This document shows positions 33,501 to 45,500 of a stretch of 64,000 nt of DNA, in pieces. The translations under genes were made by a program, and so were the position numbers. The DNA is taken from positions 163,138 to 227,137 of the forward strand of contig NMRA01000009.1 in assembly GCA_002633005.1 (NCBI GenBank), in the 5' to 3' direction. The notes beneath the pieces were generated by a model. That model searched no databases. It had not been told where the DNA came from and saw only the letters and a program-made list of their open reading frames with translations. This DNA comes from Phoronis australis (Eukaryota; Animalia; Phoronida). Numbering within the stretch: the stretch's first letter is position 1; every line of letters begins with the position of its first letter.

Positions 33501-36500
33501 ATGTACTTTTTAAAGGAGAACCCACAGAAGTCATCTGTTAAAATGCTTTAAACTTTTTTTTGTGTGCACCATATGCTTTAGGAGAAAACGATTAGTAAAG
33601 CAGATTTTTTACATGTGATCTCTCCTGAGTTGACTGCAAGCATCGGGCATACTTCAGTGCTGTGAGAGCACGAAATTGACATTCACGTGACCCAAGTACA
33701 CATGATGGTGCTTTAGTCTGTCTGAGTGAGTTGACAAAGATAAAGTGCCATTTCTATTATTCAGGGATATTATGCTATATTATTACGTGTGAATCATGTG
33801 AACATAAAGAGAATTCATAAAGAGGATGTGAAATCCCTCTGAATTACATCACCATCAAAACCATTATGAAACTTGATGGCGCTGAACATTGTCCACCAAA
33901 CTTAACACCACCATCTTGTGACGAATATTTCATCGTGTTGCTGCTATATTGGAGCATGATTATTTAACCTCGGCTTTAAGGTCATTTCCATCGCTAATTA
34001 GGTCAATTCAAAGTCGCAAATTTTAAATTCGAATAAATACATTTAGTGGCACTGAACGCTTTAAAAAACCAAAATGAAAGCACTCTGAGCAGTGACAATT
34101 TGTGTAATTGTATAAAAATTTAAAAGTGAGGTCGACGATGAAACAAAGAACATTAAGAATCATGACCCCGATGCTTATTACAGTAAGAAGATCTATTTAG
34201 TACATAACAAATTTGATAAAATGGTTCATTTTAAGGATCGCGGAGCTAGAGCTGTGCAAACCGCAAACATGATTCGAGAAGTGGCGGTCGCAGCGCCATC
34301 TTGCATCCAATTTAGCCCAAAAACAAAGTCCTCAGGAGGATGATGATGAAGCAAACATTGTATGTTATTTTCATGACAATCAGATGAAAAATGCGATCTC
34401 TAGCACAGACATGGTAGACTGAGAAGTAAATTTTGAATATCTCGAGAACAGTAAGTTGTTGCAAGAAATGAGTTTCACAGTGCTGATAGCACTTGAAGAG
34501 ATCTATCCACATACCAAATTTCAGACAGATCTGTCAATGGACGCTGAAGATACGACACAAAAACTCAGTTATTTGGAAACCAGTCCTTGGGGAAATCTCA
34601 AATAACTCGAGAATGGTATGAACTAAAAAAAATGTCATTTCCGATAGCCAGGCCTTTATGCAGGATTTCGAAAATAGGGTGTCCAAAATGGGGTTCCCAA
34701 TATTCCAGGGCTTCCATGATTCTGACGCGTAAACCCCCACCCCCTGCAATCCCCCAGACACACATTTTTTACAAAAAATGCATAGACCAAGGTTTTTACA
34801 TTAAGTTTTCAAAACAGTCTTCTGTACTAAAAAAACTGTAGATCAAGACTTTACAATGCTATCAACCAAGTGTGAGTATAGCAACACTGTATATACTTTG
34901 TATATACATTGTATATTTCTTCCTGCTTTGAAAAACAGCCCCCACTGTGAGCCTTCAGAGGCTTCCTAGTATTCAATACAATGTGTGAGTCCAAACTTGA
35001 AAATGTTCTTATTGACAGAGGGCATCCAAATGATACATTGGGCGTCCTTGCCAGGGCCTCCAGATTAGTGCTAGGGCGTCCATTTGGATGCCCAGGACGT
35101 ACGCTGCATTAAGGCCTGACAATAGTCCTTGGAATGATCTGTCCACATGAAGAAAAATCAGAAAAATTCAACCAGAAGCAGCGGAGCTATGGTCCCGTAC
35201 ATATAAAAAGGGAAAATGGCTGCCACGGCGCCATCTTGTATCCAATTTCAACAAAAAAACAATAGACTAAGAGCCATTCATGAGACACATAATTTTTGGA
35301 AATTTCACATTGATTTGATAACAATTGTGATATGTAAGGCGCAAACAAGAAACAACAACATACTTTATTGAAGAAATTTCATTTTTTCATGTAAAATTCT
35401 TTTGAAAATGCAACAGACTTCAAAAATTTCATTTCACCTAGTAACAAAAAGTTTCCATCACAAAACAGGAACCACGATGACAGTTTTCAAACTGTGCAGC
35501 TGCCCAGGGTTTTAACTGAAGACTTCCGCATTTATAACAGGGTCAGTAATTGCTCCGTTTAATGTACTGGTATAATCCTATTGGAATGTAGGACCAAGAC
35601 CAATGCATACTTTAAAGTATTTGATAAATAACGTAGAAAATAAGTCTGAAACTAAATAAGGCGATCCAGATTCCCTCAAGGATACTGTTGTTTCACAAAA
35701 TGTAGAATATATATATATATATATATATATGTAAATACTGTAATCGTTCGGGTTAACGCCCATGCTCAGTTAACCGCCCATCCCCGACTTTAAGTGGATT
35801 TTCGATTTAACCGCCCACTGCTCGGTTAAGCGCCCCCCTGCGATTTTTGAAGATTTCCAGTTAAGCGCCCACCTCTCGGTTAAGCGCCCATCCCCGACTT
35901 TTAAAGAATGAAGATTTAGCGCCTAGTGCTAAGGAAACGCGCGATTCCCCGACTTTTAGAAAAAGATCGATGATCACAATGAGTGCAACGACGCCGGGAC
36001 TCCGAGACGGTGGTTTAGCAATCTGAATTACAATACAGGTAACGAGTTATTGTCTTGGGTCATGAACTCACTTCAAAATATAATACTTGAACCTTTTTGT
36101 CACTTTATTTTCTTCCCTTGTTTGCAAAGTTTAAGAACGCCGCCGGCGTCAAAACCTCCGCTTTCAGCGACTTTGTCTGCCGCGCTGAGTTTCCGTCTGC
36201 AGTGCACTAGATAAAACATATATTCGAAAAAATCAGGCCAGAGAAATGTGACAATGGTTTTGCCAACCCTCCAAATTCTATTAAGGTGGGAAGCTCTCGT
36301 ATTTTGAACAAATCTCACAACTCACGGAAAGATGTCAAATTCTCAATATTTTGATGAATATAACTGCCGGGTTATAGAGGATGTGGGGCGACCGAAGGGA
36401 CAGTACAAGTGCCTTACTGGGTTACCGATTTCGTTGCTGCCTGTCGATTTCTGAATTCAAACGTTGGCAATAATGTATGTTTGTGTATGATCTTGAAGTA

Positions 36501-39500
36501 ATAAAAAACGGCTAGTCAAATTTTGTTTTTCGCTTATTGCATCTCAGTCAAACTGGTTAGCAGATTTAACTAATGTCGCTGGCTGTTCTTTACTATTTCT
36601 TGCGTCAGCCCCCACGTAAGCGTGACTGTGTGAATTATCGTTTCCACATCCCCTTTTTAGCCATCCAGAATAATTTTGTTTATACATTGGCCATTTTCAG
36701 CCTGAACAAAAATTCTTACCATTCGAGTCTGAAATATCTACGACGTAGACTGCTTGACGATAGTGGGTAGGAGATTCACGCAGCTAGTTACAGGGATGGG
36801 CTTAGGGAGCATCGAGCCGGGAAATATGGGAATAGACTTGACATCGCAGTTTTGGGGAACATTGGCAACGGAGGAATATCGTAAAGAACTGGGTCTTTCG
36901 TAACAACAGCTTAAAAGTACATAATCACGCCCGTTTTTGTTACTTCGTCGGACTGTCGCTATGTGTGACTGATTTGTAGTGGTGCACGTGCGCAAGTTCC
37001 CACACTTTGGAGTGCATGTTACCTTGACACCAACATGTGATTGACAGGTGACTCACACGTAGGCCCTACGTGCGTGCTGAATACCGCCACTATCTTTGGC
37101 CATAAAAAACGAGATGCATATTGAAAGAGGCCGTTATATTACTTGACGGCATTTCCAAGTCACGATTGTCAGCCGACTGAGACATTGCGCGATAACAGCG
37201 GGACCGAACAGTGCCGCCAGTGCGATATTACAAGTGATATAAATAGGATAATCTGGACATCTTGCATGAAAAATAAATGTTTTTCCACCACGAAGTTTGG
37301 TAAGGTGATCGTTTAGAATAATGAATTGAAACATTGCTGTTTTCTGACATTTTGTAACATATTTATGCAGTTGCTTGACATTTTATTCTTGATTGACGAC
37401 TGGCTCGACCATCCCCGATCCTTGTCTTACTTCTTTGCATAGCATGTTTGGCGCAACGGCAAGAGAGCAATGCCGGGCTGTCGATATAAGACAGCTAGCC
37501 GCAGAACCATACGCTGAAAATGTCATTGAGTCACAGAGTGTCGACTATAACATCCCAAACACAAAAAACAGCAGAGTTAAGTTTTTCAAACTTTTATTAC
37601 AACCAATTTTAAAACTGCTCTCTGACTCAGAACTTGACAGCTACATATAGTACGAGACCATAAATTTGATGTCTGACCTCTGCAACACGTAAAGCTTGCA
37701 CGCGCGCACTTAAGCAGGGTCACATCTTGAAACAGTTTTAATTCTGGTGAAGGCTTCGTTGTCACTAGTCGTCTGCGCACCGCAGGACGGCACGGGGTTA
37801 TTACTCAGCAATTTTGTAAATTTAATAGTGAATGACTTATCTGAGGGCAAGAGAATCTTTCTTGGGATCATCCGCTGTTATGACGTTTTCACAGTCATTT
37901 GGCGACGTGACGATAAAGCTCTTTGAAAAGGGCTACGCGTTCCGAGTATGAGTGTCGTGTCATGATTTAGATCGCCAGGTAAGATTAACCGCCCAGGGCA
38001 GTTGACTGTCGTAATAAGCGCCCATGTTCGGTTAACCGCTTATCCCCCACTTTAGGTGGATTTTCGATTTAACCACCCACTGCTCGGTTAACCGCCCTCC
38101 CCCGATTTTTTGGGTTCGCCAATTTAACTGCCCAGGGCGTTAACCCGAACGATTACGGTAAAACAACGAGATTGGATCACCTGAAATTTTTGGATATAAT
38201 AACATCAGAAACAGAAATAAAGTAAAATCAAAGACTGTATGACAATTGACATTTAAGATGTGGCGTAATGAAGGATATAATTTAAGAAGTTTTTATGTTT
38301 AATCCATTAGGTTCAAGAGTATTGAGCTTATCTATCCAATATTGTTCTCTTCTGAGTCTGTGAAGGGTACTGGGGTATTGAAGTTTTTCTATTATTTGTA
38401 CAGGAAGATCATGATCATTTCAATTCCAAAAACCATAATCTTCATGGATGTTATTATATCCGAAAATTTCAGTTGATCCATTCTTGTTTTATTTACCTAT
38501 ATATATTAAAATATTTGAGCATGTTTAAACATTTAGTACACAATTGTGTTTTTGTTTGACCTCGTTGCTGTTACATTACCTGAGCAAACTTAGTATGAAG
38601 ATTAAAACATGTTTCGCTAATCATCATACTATGGTTCCACTATCTCGTAGCTGGTGTTTTTACCATTAAATCAGTTATTGCATGACAGATGGCAGCAGTG
38701 AATGACGTGAATGGGATGTAAAGTGCATATTTCATGGTAGATTAGAAAGATGCACCATATGTCTGTAACATTCTCTTGCACTGAGTGATATACACATAGC
38801 AACAGTACAGCTGGCCTGACAGTGCTTGTTATTGTTAGGCACTGATATTCAATTGATACCTTTACTACTTATTTGAGGGAATAACTCTATTAACAATTAA
38901 CCTTAATGTAACCTCGAAAATGATGCTTGGTTTTAATCATTTATCATAATACTGATGAAAAATGGGTTAATTATCATTAACTATCTTTGCAAAGAATTGA
39001 AGTGTATTCAGAGGGTCAGAGCTTATGTCATGAGAAATTTTATAGATTTTGCAAAAATGTGCTTGTGATTGTGAAGCAAGTGAGAGACCCTGGTCTTCAA
39101 CAAGTTTTGTTCAACAGAAATTGCATTGAAAAGAATGTGGTCAGTTTTGAATGAAAATTTATGAAAATCTTAGCTTCCTTTTTGGAAAATTCTAATCTCA
39201 ATTGAAGAGACCAAACTAACTTTTTGTTGTAAAATGGTTTTCTATAAACTAATCTTAAGTTAATCACAAACCTTGCATCTTGAAACTGTACCATTAATTC
39301 TATACGCCATTGATTCTATACGCCATTGATTCTATACGCCATTGATTCTATACGCCGTTGATTCTATACGCCGTTGATTCTATACGCCGTTGATTCTATT
39401 CGCCGTTGATTCTATAGGCCATTGATTCTATACGCCATTGATTCTATAGGCCTTTGATTCTATGCGCCATTGATTCTATGCGCCATTGATTCTATGCGCC

Positions 39501-42500
39501 GTTAATTCTATACGCCATTGACATCAACACATAAACTTGTGTAATCATTCATTTGGACTATTATGTCATTGTTCAGAAATTGACTTGAGTAGTAATTAAC
39601 TGTTGTTGATATCTGATTAAATTCTACCATCAAAGATACTGAGCTGGGTAGTGCAGCAGGAATTAGATAGACACTTGGGTGTCTAACTGGCTAATAAAGT
39701 ATGACCAGCCAAAATCAATAGCTGGTCTTGGGTCTCCTGGTTACAGTGCTTTGGGATTGTGTACACTTTGTTATGCACTCAAGTATTTTGCATTGTGCAT
39801 AAATTGTTGAGTATCTTCACATGTGCTGTTTACTGGCCACACATGACTTATCCGGATGTTAATGATATCTGTGAGTTGGCGCCATATCCCTAAAAACACT
39901 TGATCCAAGTTAAACATCTCTGAGCATTAATTTGACTGGTTATGCTGATGACAGGTCATAAGTTCATATGTTAGAAAGGGGTTGTAGCAGACCATTTATG
40001 AAGCGATGTCACTAAAGTTGGCCTTAGGACTGGTCAATTACTGCAACAACAAACGTTTAACACTGTTCATACATGTGTGTCACAGAGAAGTCGTGGGGCT
40101 TCATCACTATATTGTGACGGGGTGTGGGGTGCGACTAGAAAATTGAGTAGCCACCCATTTAGAGAGTGGTCATGATAAAGGAACCCATTTGTTCGGATAT
40201 TCCGTGAAAAAATCATCCTTTTGTATGCTTTTGTTCCGCAAACACCTCTTTTTGCTGGGGTTGATTTCATAAACCCAACCCTTTTGTAACTGTCCACCAA
40301 TCAGTAACAGCATTCTTTTTTTAAGTGCATGTTAAATGTGGTTTAAGTTCTTAAATGCTCCTAATTGTAAACTTAATTGATTCTATATGATGAATTATCT
40401 TGAAAATGGGAGTTGTGAATTTGAAACTTAAACTAACAAATCACTCCCATTTCTACTGTATTACACTTCTGATTTTATTTTATTTTTGTTGTAGGATGAA
40501 ACTGGTGCTTATCTTATAGACCGGGACCCTGTCTACTTTGGTCCTGTATTGAATTATCTGCGTCATGGAAAATTAGTATTAAACAAAGACTTAGCTGAGG
40601 AAGGTAAGTTCTGTGATGTAGGCAAAACTTTAAGATAACTTATTAGTTCCAAACAGTGTTAAAGAGCATGAAAAACGTAGGCTTTCTGCAGAATAGGACA
40701 TAGTTTATTTCAGCACTTTGTTAGTTTACTTGCAAAATAAAATTGGCTACCATTACCATTGGTATCAGAGACACGCTTAAGCAGGCCTTTATGCAGCGTA
40801 GGTCCTAGCACTAATATGGACGCTCTGGCAAGGACACCCAATGTATCATTTGGACGCCCACTGTCAATAGGAAGCTTTCAAGTTTGGACACACACATTGT
40901 AATGATTACTAGGAAGCCTCTGAAAAGGCTCAGTGGGGTTCTTTTTTCAAAGCAGGAAGAAATATACAATGTATATACAAAATATATATAATGTTGCTAT
41001 GCTCACACCTGGTTGATAGCATTGTAAAAGTCTTGGTCTACACCAATTCTTTATTAAAAATGCTCACCACAGAAGGCTGTTTTGTAAACTTAGATGTAAA
41101 AACCTTGGTCTGTGCATCTTTTGTAAAAAAAATCTGTGTGTTTGGGGGGATTGCTGGGGGTGGGGGGTTACGCATTGGAATCATGGACACCCTGGAATAT
41201 TGGGAACCCCATTTTGGACACCCTATTTTCAAAATCCTGGATAAAGGCCTGCTACACACATTGGTTATTGTTCCATGATAACATCACTCAAATTGTTTGG
41301 AAGTTCCTTCGCCTTGTTTACAAAAATAGACCCAATTAGGGTACTTGAAAGGTAAAAAGTATGCCATTTTAGGAGTATTTGTCTTGGGGTTACTATCACA
41401 AATTCTGGGTAAATTAAGCTGTTGATAAGAACAACACCATAACATAACACTCTGAGAAAGAATCTTGGAAAGTATTCTTGTTCAAACCTTACAAACTAAG
41501 ACTTGTTTTGATCAGCTATTATGTGGACCTACCAGTGCATGGTGTGCTGTATAAAGTCAGTTGGCCTTGAATGGCATAAAGTTCCTTTCCACTCCCTCTG
41601 TCTTTTGCTGTGTGTAGTTATGGTAGTTTTGTTTTCAGAGCTTATCCCGAGTCAATTTGCCAGGTTGTTGCCACTACACTTTCAAAATCTTGACGTAAAC
41701 ATTTAATTATTTTGGCAAATAACGAAATGGATACATAAGAAATTATTACCAAGTGAAACTACCAGAAGCACTACGTACCATTACCCTCCTTGATCAATTG
41801 TCACCACTTTTTCATCCTCCCTGTGTGACCATATAAATACTATACGTGACAGTCAGTTTCGCCCCCACCCCCCTGTGAGCACATTTGATTAACACTATAC
41901 CTGGTGGTCAGTTTCATTTTTCAGTTAAGAAGTGGAATCTTTAAAATCTCACAAGTTTTCATTAGCTACCAATTCACATTGTTGTATACTTGTCATTTCA
42001 GCTGCAATTGCATTGCTGTCACTTGTAATGTGACAAGTCCTGCTTTACTACTATGAATCTTATGTTGTCACTTGTTGTAATGTGACAAGTCCTGCTTTAC
42101 TACTATGAATCTTATGTTGCTCTTGTTGTAATGTGACAAGTCCTGCTTTACTTCTATGAATCTTATGTTGCTCTTGTTGTGATGTGACAAGTCCTGCTTT
42201 ACTACTATGAATCTTATGTTGCTCTTGTTGTAATGTGACAAGTCCTGCTTTACTTCTATGAATCTTATGTTGCTCTTGTTGTGATGTGACAAGTCATGCT
42301 TTACTACTATGAATCTTATGTTGCTCTTGTTGTGATGCGACAAGTCCTGCTTTACTTCTATGAATCTTATGTTGCTCTTGTTGTAATGTGACAAGTCCTG
42401 CTTTACTACTATGAATCTTATGTTGCTCTTGTTGTGATGTGACAAGTCATGCTTTACTATGAATCTTACGTTGCTCTTGTTTCCTCCATAGGATTATTAA

Positions 42501-45500
42501 CGTTATTTGTGTGACTACAACACATTTCAGTATATGGCTCATTTGACGAGGATGGAGACATCATCTATTGTATTCAACGAGTCAGACCGTTTTGTGACTC
42601 ATTTGATGAAGCGTTGTAGGTCTTCTTAACCCCTTTCTCTTTTAGCTTTGTTAACTTAAGCGTAAAAAGTCCTTTTAAATTTTTTTGCTAGATCACTTTT
42701 TATTTATTTTAGGTGTGCTTGAAGAAGCTGAATTCTACAACATAACCGATCTTATTAAATTATGCAAAGAACGCATTAAGGAACGGGACACTAAAATAAA
42801 CCACGTGAGTTTAACATTGGAATTATCTGTGTTGGTAGAGGACACAATGTTGTAAGGACTGATTAAGCGCTGAGATATTTGATGTTCTTCATAGCACTCA
42901 GTCCATAAATATCTACGCATCAAGTATGCTCTGAGACATTCAGTGTTCTCCTTAACATACAATGCATAGATCTATATGTAAGTACTGAGTGTGTGGTAAG
43001 ACATTCAGGATTATTCCTAACACTCAATACACACTGAGGTGTTCAGTAGTTCTTGGTAACACTATGTACTCGTGTAAGTATTGTGCATGTGCTGGAACAT
43101 GGTATTCCCTTCAATTAGAAATTTTAACTTGTTGGAAGAGTATGACCACTAAGGGCCAGCACAGACAGAGAGCATGACCACTAAGGGCCAGCACAGACAG
43201 TGAGCATGACCACTAAGGGCCAGCACAGACAGAGAGCATGACCACTAAGGGCCAGCACAGACAGAGAGTTTGACCACTAAGGGCCAGCACAGACAGAGAG
43301 CATGACCACTAAGGGCCAGCACAGACAGAGAGTTTGACCACTAAGGGCCAGCACAGATAGAGAGCTATGAGCTCAGCTGTCTGGCTCCAGTCAACCGTTG
43401 CACAATTCATAGCTAGATGAGGGTTGCACCTTGAGACAAAATGCTCACTGACCTTTAAACTATCTCTGTTCATAGTAAAGCTCAAATGTAGTCACATGGT
43501 TACAGTGAGTGAGCATGAGGGATTTGTTGTTGTCAGGCAATGCAATAGCTAAATAAATGTTAAATGTCTATCGGAGGTAATCAGTTAAGCATTTGGCTCA
43601 CCTCACCTGCTTGCTGTGCGGACTGTCACCTGCCAGGTAAAAGAAATCCAACAAGTTAAACATTTGCCTCACCGCTTCATGAGGCAAAATCCTCATGGTT
43701 CTTTTTGTCATAGACTTGAGCTAGGAAAGTGAGGTAGTTTGCATTCAAGACGCATAGCTTTCCATTTGCGTTGGCCATTATGTTCAATGTGGTGCATGTG
43801 TAAGTAGTGCACTATTACCTGCTGCAGTTTATGTCAACTAAGGTAAGGACTCCTGAAAGGCAAAACTATGAGATAAACAATGAGTACTTCAGTGTGTTGC
43901 TGCTTAAGACTTCTATGTAAAGTAAGGACTTTATTGTACTGAAATGCAAGACTATGAGACAAACAATGAATACTTCAGTGTATTGCTGTGATTGCTTAAT
44001 ACTTCTATGTATGATGATTCCAAAATTAAATGTCCATGTTATGTAATATTTGCTGTTGTCTGCCTAGTAAATGGTTTTCAACCAGACAGTTGAAAACATG
44101 TGTTCTCCCTAAATGTTAGGTGACTTGGTGCCCGATTCCATCACATTTGTTGACTTTCAAACTCTTCTGACACGATGGTTTTCATTTGTGGAGAAAACTG
44201 AAAGAGATAATGGCTATGTTATTGCAGTTACAAATAATGCAGTTTGCATGGAATCTATTGTCAGTCGTAGAATTTACATTGGCATACAATTTGGTGTGAA
44301 TGCACATAATCCTCTGCATTAAGAGAGTTGTTGGGGAATTGATTTACTGTCACATTTTGGTGGTTGGGGAGATGATTGACTGTCACATTTTGGTGGTTGG
44401 GGAGATGATTGACTGTCACATTTTGGTGGTTGGGGAGATGATTGACTGTCACATTTTGGTGGTTGGGGAGATGATTGACAGTCACATTTTGGTGGTTGGG
44501 GAGATGATTGACTGTCTCATTTTGGTGGTTGGGGAGATGATTGACGGTCACATTTTGGTGGTTGGGGAGATGATTGACCGTCTCATTTTAGTGGTTGGGG
44601 AGATGATTGACGGTCACATTTTGGTGGTTGTTGGGATGGTTGAGTGTCACATTTTGGTGGTTGGGGAGATGATTGACGGTCACATTTTGGTGGGTGGGGA
44701 GATGATTGAAGGTCACATTTTGGTGGTTGGGGAGATGATTGACACATTTTGGTGGTTTCTGTGAAACCACGCCAATTTAGGATACAATATTTATTCTCTC
44801 ATCTTTCATTAAAGATACGTAGCACTAAATTAATGGTTTTCTGTGTTCAAGTTCTATGTTCAAGTTCTGTGCTCAAGTTCTGTGTTCAAGTTCTGTGTTC
44901 AAGTTCTGTGCTCAAGTTCTGTGTTCAAGTTCTGACCCATAATGACAACAGAAAAATTGTGGCCATTCACAACATTTTTGAAGCCTTTGAAAAATGAAGA
45001 AAGGGCAATTTTGGTAACTATTTTTGTCTGAAACTGGTGAGTGAGGTTTCACCATAGCTGTAAAAAAAAGAAAAAAAAACAGTGCAGGTGGTCTGATGTC
45101 ATTTGTGGTGCATCAGACGTGCGCAGGCCTCATGGTTGGGCCCATTGCACAAAACACCTGAGCAAAGGCACGAGACCCCAATTATGGCTCCTCGTGAAGA
45201 AAGTTTTCAAGTCTGCCAGTCTCCTTTAGGAAAACGGACAGACGTTTCCATTTGTTGCCATGCACTATATGTTGTAGGCATGTAACAATGCCATCCAGTA
45301 GGTTGCTCCTTAGCCTATAAAAAGCTGGGCAAGACTCTACCAGGTGTTTAGGAGATTCTACGTCAGTACCACACTCGGGACACACAGGGCTCCTCATATG
45401 CCCAGTAATGTGTCTGTGTCGGGCTAGGTTGCAGTGGCCCGTCAAAATTTGAATGACGTGTCTTATACCCAATCTATCTAGACTCAGAAGGCTTTTTGAA

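Noticed and set aside
42490-42625. Weak hairpin resembling a decayed Crypton-like repeat
   Set aside because: Too degenerate to support by eye
42068-44770. Repetitive ORFs (42068..42445, 44261..44551, 44300..44764, 44588..44770)
   Set aside because: Products of 51-bp and 33-bp minisatellites
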